NCBI RefSeq assembly: GCF_004010195.1 | Contig: NC_057718.1 | Coordinates: 8,021,552-8,085,551 of the forward strand | Length of the DNA: 64,000 bases | Direction of reading: 5' to 3' | From: Chiloscyllium plagiosum | Lineage: Eukaryota | Part shown: in pieces, positions 38,911-51,197 of the stretch | Numbering within the stretch: position 1 is the stretch's first letter | How the letters are laid out: every line of letters begins with the position of its first letter | Notes under the pieces: generated by a model | Database searches by the model: none | What the model saw: only the letters and a program-made list of their open reading frames with translations | Told to the model about the DNA's origin: nothing | Program-made: the position numbers and the translations under genes

Positions 38911-41900
38911 AGTTGGAGACCACTGGTCCACACAAGCGGCCTGTCCCATCAGCCTCTTCACCAATGCGGCACACGGAGGCTTGGTCAGGGGTGATGGATA
39001 GCTGCCCGCTCTCCAAGCTGGTGGGGAGAGCACCGCCAGGTCCATAAACCTCACGAGAGTGATCTGGAGGAGATGTCACAACAATGGGGGAGAAAGCAGC
39101 TGGAAGGTGTGAGAAATTTGTTGTGGAGGTTTGAGACAGTTGGCGCAGTGGATCAGAGACAGCATTCATCCATGTGTTGATGGCAAGGTCCCAGCTCAAT
39201 GGAGAAGGATGTACACCAATTGAGTAATCCCGGGAAGAGGCCATTGGTAATGTTGGCGCCAGTGTCAGGTCTTGAGTTTCACTACTTAACTGAGGAGGAT
39301 CTACTGGTATTCCTTCTCATAAAGACTATGAAATACTGAATGGGAGAGAGTACAAACTCTGAATATAAATGCTTGGCTCTTCACCAAAAGACTTGTGACC
39401 CTGCAATGCTCTTGCATGTTTCTGACTTGTTAAAATTATGCTGAAAAGTAGAGTTGGGAAGTCTAGTGTGGGTTGTATAAACCCACTGACCAATGTCTGT
39501 TCAAGTTCTGCCCCTGTAAAAATGTAATCTAGTTCCTCATGTTGGGGGGTTCTTGTTAGGAATGGGGTATGTGTACTGAACAAAGTCTTTTGTGGTCCCA
39601 AATGAACAGGCATCATAGTCATTGCCTGGACATCTTTAGACATTCCCAAAGCGGAATCTGAAAATGGTTCCCACTTCAATTCAGGATTCCAAGGATGGAG
39701 ACTCGCTTGATTGTCTATCCTATCTGGAGTGAAACCCAACAATGAATGCCATGCAGTTACATTATCTGCTGAGTCCTCGACTAACTGATGTCCAAGTTGG
39801 ACTTGCACTTCCTTCTTTGAAGGAGGGGTCACAAGTTTCTCCCCCATGTCAGAGCTGAAAGTCACAGTTGAAATTCCAATGGCATTGGAAACAATTCCCC
39901 AGTGGCTCTCAAATACTTCTGGAAATGTCAGAAAACCAGGAAAATATGTTCCATTTATAGGCCTGTGAGATGAATTTGACGTTAATGATAGTGTTTGTTC
40001 CAACTCAGAAAGATCGTCATGATGATGGGAATTTGAGTTCTCACTTCTTACAAATACAGATATATCTGAAGACATGGGCAGGAACATGACTGTTACCACT
40101 GGGGTCCAGTCCAAAGGGACAGTCCAGGTGCTCCCAATGTTTTTCATTGAGCTGTCCAAAGAAGACTTGAGGTAATCAGTTCCTGATGTGAAACCATTTC
40201 TCAGGCTAAGAGTCTCAAGGGTCAACTTGGTTGAGATGTGCAAGGGTGCAAGTGAAACCTCTTTGTTTCTGGCTCATGATCCTACATCATCTGGTATCAA
40301 TGTTTCCCATTTGTTTTCCATCACAAGAGGTGTACGCTGATGTCCTTGTGTTGTATGCAATGTGATATCAGTCAGTAAGATCAGATGATGGTCTTTGTCG
40401 GTGACAGGCAAAAAGTGAGGACTCACTTCTGTTGACAACCTCCACCAGGTGTCTGTACTCAGGAAAGTCTCTTTTGAGGGAGATAAGCTGTCTGTTTGTA
40501 GCTCAGAGGTTTCTCCCTTTCCTGATGCACCAGCCATCTCAACACATATGTGTGTGCCAGTTTGCAAGGTTATAGGATGAAGATTGACTGACCACGTTGG
40601 ACCTGAAATGGAGGGATGGACGCTGGACTCAAGTCTTTCCATTGCTAACATCTCTGTGTTGCATGGGGAATGGTTAACAGCATTGTTGAGTTTGGATGTA
40701 GACGCTGTTAGAGAATTACCCCAGAAATTTTCAGGTGTGGAAGGAATATTTACCATGTCGGGAATGAGTGGAGCTGTTAAAACATCTGGAAGGCTCAAGT
40801 TCTCATGTGACTGTATTGACATAACCAGAGAGTCTACACTTTGCATGAAGACAGGAATGTCATCTCCTTGTCCTCTTGCTGAAAGTTGGCCTGGAAACAT
40901 GATAAGCTCATCAGATTGCCTTAATTGATTTTTTAGCTCTTCTGTACTGATGAGCAACCTTTGGGTTGATGGTATAGACTCTCTGTTAAAGTGGTCTGTT
41001 AACTGGACAGAATTTGCAGTGCTTGGTGGTTGAGTGACAGTAAAGTTAATATTGATGCTTTCGAAGGTAGCCTTCGACATGATGGATTTTACATCCCCAA
41101 AATCAATGTCTCCCAGAATACGTAATGAAGGTGTCCAATTGTACAAGCTACTGATGCAGTGTGTTGATAAGGCACTGTTTGAAGACATAATTGCTAAATG
41201 GTGCTTGTGCAATGCTAGTTCCTGAGTACTCATAGGAGATCCAATGTCACCATGCAGGGATGATACTTCAGGCTCTATGTTAAACTGATCCCTTCAAGAC
41301 ACACGCACAGTGCTTAAAGGGTTTCCTATCCGGCTTGAACTATTAGTCATCTTCGAGAATGAACCAGTTAATAAGTGTCTGTATGATGCAACAGTTGTTG
41401 GCAAGCTGACTACCTGCATTGTTGGAGTAAACCTAATTGTTGAATCTAAAACTAAAAGTGGGGTTTGGGAACGTATCTCCAGTGATTCCACCAGAACAGA
41501 CGACCCGGCATTGATAATGCGCTGACCTGGCAATACCACAGAAGATACAGTCCCACTGTTCACTAACGCTCCCATTCCAGCATCAACTCCAACTCCAGCC
41601 GTCGAAACCTTGTGATTTTCAAGATCAGTGGATGGCCTCTCAAACCTGGAGACTGGCTCACTGCCCAGGGTTGTTACATTGTGAGTAGAGTTCCCAGACT
41701 GGTTTGTCAATTTCTTTGACCAGGCGATGACTTCAGAATTCTTTTGAAAGGGGTTTGGCTCTTTGTTGGCTGGGCTTCTCTTTTCACCTTTGGTCAATTG
41801 TTCCAACTTTGTGACACCTTGTGGCCTCTTGGTTACAGCCTTATAGAAGACAATAGGTGCCCCATGTGTGTTCAGTATCGCTGGCCTCAGAACACTGGGT

Positions 41901-42069
41901 ACATTGGGTCTCAGTGGGTACCTCAGTGGCGTGGAGATGATACCCAATGGGTGCCTGGGCCTTCTCGTCCTCTGTTCTGCTTTTGAGGTAGAATGATGCC
42001 ACACTTCTGGGAGGACAACTGGGGTCAGTATCTGGAATCCCTGCAAATCTGAATCATTAAGGCTTCCTG
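38911..42069 (-). pseudogene. Giant mucin-like S/T/P-rich exon (1053 codons, phase 1-1) with four in-frame stop codons; decayed cassette exon or alternative terminal exon
   Basis: ORFs 41294-42046, 40274-41233, 39326-40243 and 38900-39244 are all in one frame. Acceptor tttgccctctaacag|CA at 42069, donor TCCAACT|gtatgt at 38911. Stops: TGA 41294-41296, TGA 40274-40276, TAG 39326-39328, TGA 39317-39319. Confidence 0.7.
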
Positions 42070-42163
42070 CTGTTAGAGGGCAAAGTATCCCATCATTATC
42101 TTGTCACATTAACTTCAATAAACCACCACCCCCACCAATCCATAATGGTACTGAACAATGTCA

Positions 42164-42290
42164 GTTCTGAAGAAGGGCTTATGCCCGAAACGTCGATTCT
42201 CCTGTTCCCTGGATGCTGCCTGACCTGCTGCGCTTTTCCAGCAACACATTTCCAGCTCTGATCTCCAGCATCTGCAGACCTCACTTTCTC
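42164..42290 (+). mobile_element. Short Penelope-derived element with minimal hammerhead motif and 13-bp TSD
   Basis: TSD ctgaacaatgtca at 42151-42163 and 42291-42303; ctgaagaagggcttatgcccgaaacgtc at 42167. Confidence 0.9.
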
Positions 42291-43186
42291 CTGAACAATG
42301 TCAACACAAGGATTCTTGGGAGCAAGCTGCTTTGGCCCAATAATTTGAGACTTACGAGAAAAAGCAAAAAGGATAAAAATAGTTTGGTTCATTTGAACAG
42401 GAAAAGACAGAAACTGAGTTGATAAAACTGTATAAAATCTAAAACTTCACTAATCTCAAACAATAATGCAGAAATATAAAGGGGATTTGAATATTCATGG
42501 CTGTGCCCAAAGGGAGATTCTCCAGGTTCCCTTGCAGTTTCACTCATTGGGAGAATTAGTGATACAATGCTGTAAAATACATGGTCTAATTCTCTCATGA
42601 CACTCTCCTGTCTGTACCCCAATAATGCTGTTGCGTAAGTAAAAGCTAGTTAAATGGTGACCATATAACCGATGTAGATTGTCGCAAAATCTCATCACAT
42701 TTACTAATGTTGTTCAGTGTGGGAAACCGCCATCCTTACCTGGTCTGATTCACGTTACTCCAGTCCCACAGCATTGGAGTTGACTCCCAGCTGCTCTTCA
42801 AAATGGCCTAGAGAGCCTATTAATTCAAGAGTAACTAGGAATGGGCAAAAAATATTGGCCTTGCCTATGATACCCCTATCCCATACAAGAATAATAAAAT
42901 AAAGAGATGCACTGTAGGACATATAATCATTAGTAGCTCAACCAGCGGACAAGGTCTTCAGGAAAACAAGGGAGAGATACCTTTTGTTTAAAGGAAATTT
43001 GAACAACTTTGCAATTATTGGAGCAGGGAGGAAGATCCATTTAGAAAACCTCTTTACCTTCCCTTTCACCACTGCATGATCAATGAATAGAATTTAAAAG
43101 ATAGATATAACGCATGTCAGCCCTCAAATTCCCCATTCCTTATCAGCTGTGTTAATGGCAGTGCTGCAGCTAAAAACAGCTCAATA

Positions 43187-43460
43187 TGGTTAGCACTGCT
43201 GCCTCACAGTGCCTAGCACCGCTGCCTCACAGCGCCAGGGACCTGGGTTCAATTCCTGCCTCAGGTGACTGTCTGCATGGAGTTTGCACATTCTCCCTGT
43301 GTCTGTCTGTGAGTTTCCTTCCACAGTTCAAAGATGTGCAGGTTGGGTGGATTGGCCATGCTAAATGTGAAGTTGTGGTGAGTCTGGATAGGATGCTCTT
43401 CAAAGGTTTGAAGCAATTTTGATGGGCTGAATGGCCTTGATCTGCACTACAGGGATTCTG
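43187..43460 (+). mobile_element. HE1-like V-SINE
   Basis: tggttagcactgctgcctcacag head (partly duplicated) and B box gggttcaattcc. Confidence 0.85.
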
Positions 43461-43669
43461 TGGTTGCTTCTGATGTGCAGAGGTGGAATGTCTCACTGTG
43501 TGTGAGGAGGGAACCTTTCAGTTTGAATACTGTCCCTTCAGGAAGAAATCTGGCTTCGAATTTGTCCCTCTTCTGGAGTGTTTGATATAAGCCGATACCA
43601 TTGAGGTATGCCTGTGTCTCAGTAGATAATCTCCCTAACTGTGTGTTGGAATACTTAAACCCCACTCAA

Positions 43670-43990
43670 AACCTCGACCTGTAATTCAGGCTGACAGTCC
43701 CAGAGCATTCCTGAGAGACTGCGACACTCTCAGAGGTGCTGCTTTTTAGGGGCTATGTGAAACCAAGCCTCAAACCACTGTATAGTATCTCGAGGTATTA
43801 TTTTGAGGGAGAGAGCTGTTTGAGAATTCCCTCAATCAACACCTCCAAAGCAGAATATCTGGATATTATCACTTCGTCTATTTGCAGGAGCTTGCTGTGA
43901 ACAAACTGCCAACTGTTATACAGCCATGACCATCTTTCAAATATTTACCGTGAAACATTTTGGCTCGCGACCGCACATAAAATGTAAAAA
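43670..43990 (+). mobile_element. Deu-domain SINE, diverged
   Basis: caggctgaca...cagaggtgctg...ccctcaatcaacac...tttgcaggagcttgctgtg matches the recalled Deu core. Confidence 0.6.
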
Positions 43991-44160
43991 TAAAACAAAA
44001 ACTGCAGATGCTGGAAATCTAAAACAAAGGCAGCCATTGCTGGAGAAACTCAGCAGGTCTGGCAGCATCTGCGGAGAGAGAAAACAAAGTTAATGTTTCC
44101 AGTCCACTGGTGCTTCTTCGGAGTGTACGGTTTTGATGTAGGGTCGCTGGATCTAAAGCG

Positions 44161-44985
44161 TTGATTTGATTTGATTTACTGTCACGTGTACCTTACCACA
44201 GTGTAAAGCTTTGTTCACAAGTAGTACAGGCAGGTCATAATAAGCAGGGATGTACAGATGAAAGGGTGAAAACAAAACTTAGACCAAGGCATACAGGTTA
44301 CATCGCACAGACCGGGCGCTCGACAAAATCAACATTAGCAAGATCAGCATTATGTGAAGTTAGAGAGGTCCAATCATCAGTCTGACAACAGCAGGGAAGA
44401 AGCTGTTCCTGAACCTGTTGGTGCGAGTGTTCAAGCTCCTGTATCTCCTGCCTGACAGAAGAGGTTGGAAGAAAGCATTACCAGGGTGGGAGGGATCTTT
44501 GATGATGTTGGCTGCCTTTCTGTGGCAACGAGCTGTGTAACTGGAGTCCGTGGATGGGAGGTTGGCTTCTGTGATGGTTTGGGCTGTGCACACAACTTTC
44601 TGTAAGTTTCTTACAATCCTGGGCAGAGCAGTTGCCGTAATGGGCCATTATGTACTTAGACAGGATGCTCTCAATGGTTCATCTGTAGAAATTGGCGAGG
44701 GTCTTTTGCACATGCTGAATTTCCTGAGCCACCTGAGGAAGAAGACTTGTTATTGTGCCTTCTTGACCATTACATCTATGTGGGAGGTCCAGGACAGGTT
44801 CTCGGTTATTGTCATTCCAAGGAGCTTGATGCTGTGCACCCTCTCACCCTCAGGTCCATGATGTAGATGGGAGCGTGTTCCCCTCCTTTCTTTATGAAGT
44901 CAGTGACCAGTTCTTTAGTTTTGCCGAGGTTGAGAGAGAGATTGTTCTCATTGCACCATATCAGCTACCCCTCTATCTCCTTTTA
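44161..44985 (-). mobile_element. Rex1/Babar-like LINE 3' fragment
   Basis: Encodes KAANIIKDPSHPG..FFQPLLSGRRYRSL.TRTNRFRNSFFP; (gattt)n tail; nested in a short repeat. Confidence 0.85.
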
Positions 44986-45769
44986 GCTCTGCTTTCTTTC
45001 CACAGGCGCTGACAGACCTGTTGGATTTCTCCAGCAATATCTGTTTTGGTTTCTGTATCAATGCAGATTCTTTCTTTCAAAACATCCTGGATCTTGACTA
45101 CCCTCACAACAGAAAGGTACACACAGTGGGTCATTGTCCCCATCGTGGACTGAGCTCAGTGACCACCGCATATTGCACAAACTCCACAGGGGCAGTGAGA
45201 TAGCCATTCCACACACATATCCCCTTTGAAGAAGCTCACAATGCTTTTTTCATTTATTCACGGGATGTGGATGTCACTGGCTAGGCCAGCATTTATTGCC
45301 CATCCCTAATTGCCCAGAGGGCTGTTAAGAGTCAACCTCATTGCTGTGGGTCTGGAGTCACATGTAGGCCAGACCAGGTAAGGATAGCAGTTTCCTTCCC
45401 TGAAGGACATTGGTGAACCAGATGGCAATGGTTTCATGGTCACCATTAAACCCCTTACTCCAGACTTTTAGTGAATTCAAATTCCACCATCTGCAGTGGC
45501 AGGATTCAAACCTGGGTTCCCAGAACATTACCTGGAGTTTATGAATTGATTGTCTAGTGAAAATGCCACAAGACCATCACCTGCTCAAAAATCCCGAGTG
45601 AGGAAGTTGGCAGTTGATTGGGTGGCTCTCCATTGCCACATTGAGTTAGACCACCAGTGCAAATGAAACACAAGCACAGACCATCACCATTACAGCCACG
45701 ATTGCATCTCACCAGCCATCACCTGTGTGACTGTCATCCAGTAGCACTCTCACCAGTATCAGTGAGTTA

Positions 45770-46185
45770 GAACATAGAACAGTCCAGCACAGGAACAGGC
45801 CGTTCAGCACACGATACTGTGCTGAACATAACGTCAATTTAAACAAATCCCTTCTGCCTGTCCATGGTCCATATCCCTCCATTCCTTGCTTATTCATGTG
45901 CCTATCAAAAAGCCCCTTAAACACCCCTATCATACCTGCCTCCACCACCATCTCTACCACTCTCTGTGTAAAAAACCTGCCCCTCACATCTCCTTTGATT
46001 TGTTCCCTCTCATCTTAAAGGAATATCCCCTAATTTTAGACATTCCAACTCTGGGAAAAAAGATTCTGGCTGTCAAACCTATCTGTAACTCTCATAATGT
46101 AATAGACTTCCATCAGGTCACTCCTCAGCCTCTGCCACACCAGATAAAGCAACCTGAGCCTGTCCAGCCTCTCCTTCCAACACAT
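45770..46185 (-). mobile_element. CR1 LINE 3' fragment
   Basis: RGRFFTQRVV; agaacatagaac tail. Confidence 0.8.
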
Positions 46186-46367
46186 CCCCTCTGCTATATC
46201 TCGATAGTACTTCTTCAGCATGGAATTATGTTCAACAGACAACCCGTTTTGCGGAATCTGATTGAAAAAATAACATTTCAAAAAACCATTTTTGCGGCTG
46301 ATAAAATGAGGAGCAATGAAATAGGAAGTACCATTTGGAACAGGATAATGAGGATTTCTTTTGCATA

Positions 46368-46492
46368 GGAGAAAGTGAGGACTGCAGATGCTGGAGATCA
46401 GAGCTGAAAATGTGTTGCTGGAAAAATGCAGCAGGTCAGGCAGCATCCAAGGAACAGGAGAATCGACGTTTCGGGCATGAGCCCTTCTTCAG
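46368..46492 (-). mobile_element. Short Penelope-derived element with minimal hammerhead motif
   Basis: Reverse complement of the 42164-42290 family; another copy at about 63244-63368. Confidence 0.85.
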
Positions 46493-46719
46493 CCCTTTCT
46501 TTTGTGTAACCATTTTAAGTCGCTGCATCACAAAAGATTCATCAACTCCTTTTTATTCCAAGAACATTGCTGCTTTAAATCTGTGTTTGTATTCCTTTCG
46601 GTCTGATTCGTCAACTCCCTCCAGCTTCATTCGTATAGCACCTACCTATACCCTCATACTGAAGAACATTTTAGGTGTTCCTTCTCTAACTTTACTGTTT
46701 GAAGAATTGCCGGTGTTGT

Positions 46720-49700
46720 TTTGGGACTTCTCATTATTTGTCTGACTGGGGCTGCGCTTCTCATTGTTTGTCTGACTGGGACTGCACTTCTCATTGTTTG
46801 TCTGACTGGGACTGCGCTTCTCATTGTTTGTCTGACTGGGACTGCGCTTCTCATTGTTTGTCTGACTGGGACTGCGCTTCTCATTGTTTGTCTGACTGGG
46901 ACTGCGCTTCTCATTGTTTGTCTGACTGGGACTGCGCTTCTCATTGTTTGTCTGACTGGGACTGCGCTTCTCATTGTTTGTCTGACTGGGACTGCGCTTC
47001 TCATTGTTTGTCTGACTGGGACTGCGCTTCTCATTGTTTGTCTGACTGGGACTGCGCTTCTCATTGTTTGTCTGACTGGGACTGCGCTTCTCATTGTTTG
47101 TCTGACTGGGACTGCGCTTCTCATTGTTTGTCTGACTGGGACTGCGCTTCTCATTGTTTGTCTGACTGGGACTGCGCTTCTCATTGTTTGTCTGACTGGG
47201 ACTGCGCTTCTCATTGTTTGTCTGACTGGGACTGCGCTTCTCATTGTTTGTCTGACTGGGACTGCGCTTCTCATTGTTTGTCTGACTGGGACTGCGCTTC
47301 TCATTGTTTGTCTGACTGGGACTGCGCTTCTCATTGTTTGTCTGACTGGGACTGCGCTTCTCATTGTTTGTCTGACTGGGACTGCGCTTCTCATTGTTTG
47401 TCTGACTGGGACTGCGCTTCTCATTGTTTGTCTGACTGGGACTGCGCTTCTCATTGTTTGTCTGACTGGGACTGCGCTTCTCATTGTTTGTCTGACTGGG
47501 ACTGCGCTTCTCATTGTTTGTCTGACTGGGACTGCGCTTCTCATTGTTTGTCTGACTGGGACTGCGCTTCTCATTGTTTGTCTGACTGGGACTGCGCTTC
47601 TCATTGTTTGTCTGACTGGGACTGCGCTTCTCATTGTTTGTCTGACTGGGACTGCGCTTCTCATTGTTTGTCTGACTGGGACTGCGCTTCTCATTGTTTG
47701 TCTGACTGGGACAGCGTTTCTCATTGTTTGTCTGACTGGGACTGTGCTTCTCATTGTTTGTCTGACTGGGACTGCACTTCTCATTGTTTGTCTGACTGGG
47801 ACTGTGCTTCTCATTGTTTGTCTGACTGGGACTGCACTTCTCATTGTTTGTCTGACTGGGACTGCACTACTCATTGTTTGTCTGACTGGGACTGCGCGAC
47901 TCATTGTTTGACTGGGACGGCGCTTCTCATTGTTTGTCTGATTGGGACTGCACTTCTCATTGTTTGTCTGACTGGGACTGCGCTTCTCATTGTATGTCTG
48001 ACTGGGACTGCGCTACTCATTGTTTGTCTGACTGGGACTGCGTTTCTCATTGTTTGACTGGGACTGCGCTTCTCATTCTTCATCCGACTGGGACTGCGCT
48101 ACTCATTGTCTGACTGGGACGACGCTTCTCATTGTTTGACTGACTTGGACGGCGTTTCTCATTGTTTGTCTGATTGGGACTGTGTTTCTCATTGTTTGTC
48201 TGACTGCGATGGCATTTCTCATTGTTTGTCTGACTGGGACTGCACTTCTCATTGTTTGACTGGGATGGTGTCTCTCATTGTTTATCTGACTGGGACTGCG
48301 CTTCTCATTGTTTGTCTGACTGGGACTGCGCTTCTCATTGTTTGTCTGATTGGGACTGCGCTACTCATTGTTTGTCTGACTGGGACTGCGCTTCCCATTG
48401 TTTGTCTGACTGGGAGTGCACTACTCATTATTTGTCAGACTGGGACGGCGCTTCTCATTGTCTGACTGGGACTGCGCTTCTCATTGTTTGCCTGACTGGA
48501 ACGGCGCTTCTCATTGTTTGTCTGACTGGGACGGCACTTCTCATTGTTTGTCTGACTGGGACTGCGCTACTCATTGTTTGACTGGGAAGGCGCTTCTCAT
48601 TGTTTGTCTGACTGGGACTGCGCTACTCATTGTTTGACTGGGACGGCGCTACTCATTGTTTGGCTGACTGGGACTGCGCTACTCATTGTTTGACTGGGAC
48701 TGCACTACTCATTGTTTGTCTGACTGGGACGGCGCTACTCATTGTTTGTCTGACTGGGACTGCGTTTCTCATTGTTTGTCTGACTGGGAAGGCGTTTCTC
48801 ATTGTTTCTCTGACTGGGACTGCGCTACTCATTGTTTGTCTGACTGGGACTGCACTACTCATTGTTTGTCTGACTGGGACGGCGCTTCTCATTGTTTGAC
48901 TGGGACGGCGCTTCTCATTGTTTGTCTGACTGGGACAGCGCTTCTCATTGTCTGACTGGGACGGCGCTTCTCATTGTTTGTCTGACTGGGACGACGCTTC
49001 TCATTGTTTGTCTGACTGGGACGGCGCTACTCATTGTTTGTCTGACCGGGACGGCGCTTCTCATTGTTTGTCTGACTGGGTCTGCGCTTCTCATTGTTTG
49101 TCTGACTGGGACGGCGCTTCTCATTGTTTGTCTGACTGGAACGGCGCTTCTCATTGTCTGACTGGGACTGCGCTACTCAATGTTTGTCTGACTGGGACTG
49201 CGCTTCTCATTGTTTGTCTGACTGGGACGGCGCTTCTCATTGTTTGTCTGACTGGGACGGCGCTTCTCATTGTTTGCCTGACTGGAACGGCGCTTCTCAT
49301 TGTTTGTCTGACTGGGACTGCGCTACTCATTATTTGTCTGACTGGGACGGCGCTTCTCATTGTCTGACTGGGACGGCGCTTCTCATTGTTTTTCTGACTA
49401 GAACGGCGCTTCTCGTTGTTTGTCTGACTGGGACGGCACTTCTCATTGTTTGTCTGACTGGGACTGCGCTACTCATTGTTTGACTGGGACGGCGCTACTC
49501 ATTGTTTGTCTGACTGGGACTGCACTACTCATTGTTTGTCTGACTGGGACGGCGCTACTCATTGTTTGTCTGACTGGGACTGCGTTTCTCATTGTTTGTC
49601 TGACTGGGAAGGCGTTTCTCATTGTTTGTCTGACTGGGACTGCGCTACTCATTGTTTGTCTGACTGGGACTGCACTACTCATTGTTTGTCTGACTGGGAC

Positions 49701-50234
49701 GGCACTTCTCATTGTTTGACTGGGATGGCGCTTCTCATTATTTGTCTGACTGGGACAGCGCTTCTCATTGTCTGACTGGGACGGCGCTTCTCATTGTTTG
49801 TCTGACTGGGACGGCGCTTCTCATTGTTTGTCTGACTGGGATGGCGCTACTCATTGTTTGTCTGACTGGGACTGCGCTACACATTGTTTGTCTGATTGGG
49901 ACTGCACTTATCATTGTTTGTCTGACTGGGACTGTGCTTCTCATTGTTTGTCTGACTGGGACTGCGCTTCTCATTGTTTGTCTGACTGGGACGGCGCTTC
50001 TCATTGTTTGACTGACTGGGACTGCGCTACTCATTATTTGTCTGACTGGGACGGCGCTTCTCATTGTTTGTCTGACTGGAACGGCGCTTCTCATTGTCTG
50101 ACTGGGACTGCACTACTCAATGTTTGTCTGACTGGGACTGCGCTTCTCATTGTTTGTCTGACTGGAACGGCGCTTCTCATTGTTTGTCTGACTGGGACTG
50201 CGCTACTCATTATTTGACTGGGACTGCGTTTCTC
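46720..50234. repeat. 30-bp minisatellite array, at least 3.5 kb, running into the gap
   Basis: Unit tctgactgggactgcgcttctcattgtttg; perfect from about 46790 to 47710, then variant 30-bp and 26-bp units. Confidence 0.98.
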
Positions 50235-50734
50235 NNNNNNNNNNNNNNNNNNNNNNNNNNNNNNNNNNNNNNNNNNNNNNNNNNNNNNNNNNNNNNNNNN
50301 NNNNNNNNNNNNNNNNNNNNNNNNNNNNNNNNNNNNNNNNNNNNNNNNNNNNNNNNNNNNNNNNNNNNNNNNNNNNNNNNNNNNNNNNNNNNNNNNNNNN
50401 NNNNNNNNNNNNNNNNNNNNNNNNNNNNNNNNNNNNNNNNNNNNNNNNNNNNNNNNNNNNNNNNNNNNNNNNNNNNNNNNNNNNNNNNNNNNNNNNNNNN
50501 NNNNNNNNNNNNNNNNNNNNNNNNNNNNNNNNNNNNNNNNNNNNNNNNNNNNNNNNNNNNNNNNNNNNNNNNNNNNNNNNNNNNNNNNNNNNNNNNNNNN
50601 NNNNNNNNNNNNNNNNNNNNNNNNNNNNNNNNNNNNNNNNNNNNNNNNNNNNNNNNNNNNNNNNNNNNNNNNNNNNNNNNNNNNNNNNNNNNNNNNNNNN
50701 NNNNNNNNNNNNNNNNNNNNNNNNNNNNNNNNNN
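50235..50734. other. Assembly gap (500 N)
   Basis: Run of N. Confidence 1.
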
Positions 50735-51197
50735 TTAATACTTCAATTCAGCACTGTGGAAGATGGCAATGTTCAGATGAGACATTAATATTATTGGCCA
50801 GGCAGGGACTCAGATTAATGTATAAAATCTCTTGGTGTTAGTTCAAATAGCAGTGACGGGGTTAGCCTTTGCGTCCAAGCCATTGTTTGACATTTAAATC
50901 ACACCACCATAAAGATTACCTAGTCATCAACCCAATGTTTATAGCGAGTTTTGAGAAGATTTGTATGTTTATGGAGACTTGCAAATTGTTGGCTGCGTTC
51001 CAACTATTGCAGCAGTGGCTACATTAACGGACTGTAGAGCACGTCACTGTGGTGGGAAGACGACGCTATATCAATGCAAGCTCTTACACATGACTGGACG
51101 AGACACTGACACCTGAGGCAGTTGCACAGCCAGCCTATTCTCCACATGTAGCTATTTACAATTACTGTATTAAAGTGCAAAAATTCCAGGGACTTAC

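Noticed and set aside
39317..41296. Selenocysteine or programmed readthrough explanation for the in-frame stops
   Set aside because: One stop is TAG and two lie three codons apart. There is no redox-type context, and I could not identify a SECIS by eye. Nonsense substitutions are the simpler explanation.
1872..42069. Calling the gene ADGRG4/GPR112 because of the giant S/T-rich exon
   Set aside because: The SEA, HormR, GAIN and TM1-4 peptides look closer to recalled GPR126 sequences ([40 protein letters not shown]). A phylogeny is still needed.
46654..50217. Long repetitive ORFs (MRSAVPVRQT, SHCLSDWDCA and LLIVCLTGTA repeats) and a CRISPR-like look
   Set aside because: These are by-products of a 30-bp tandem unit with no stop in several frames. 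There are no unique spacers or cas genes, I found no supporting splice context, and the sequence is a vertebrate intron.
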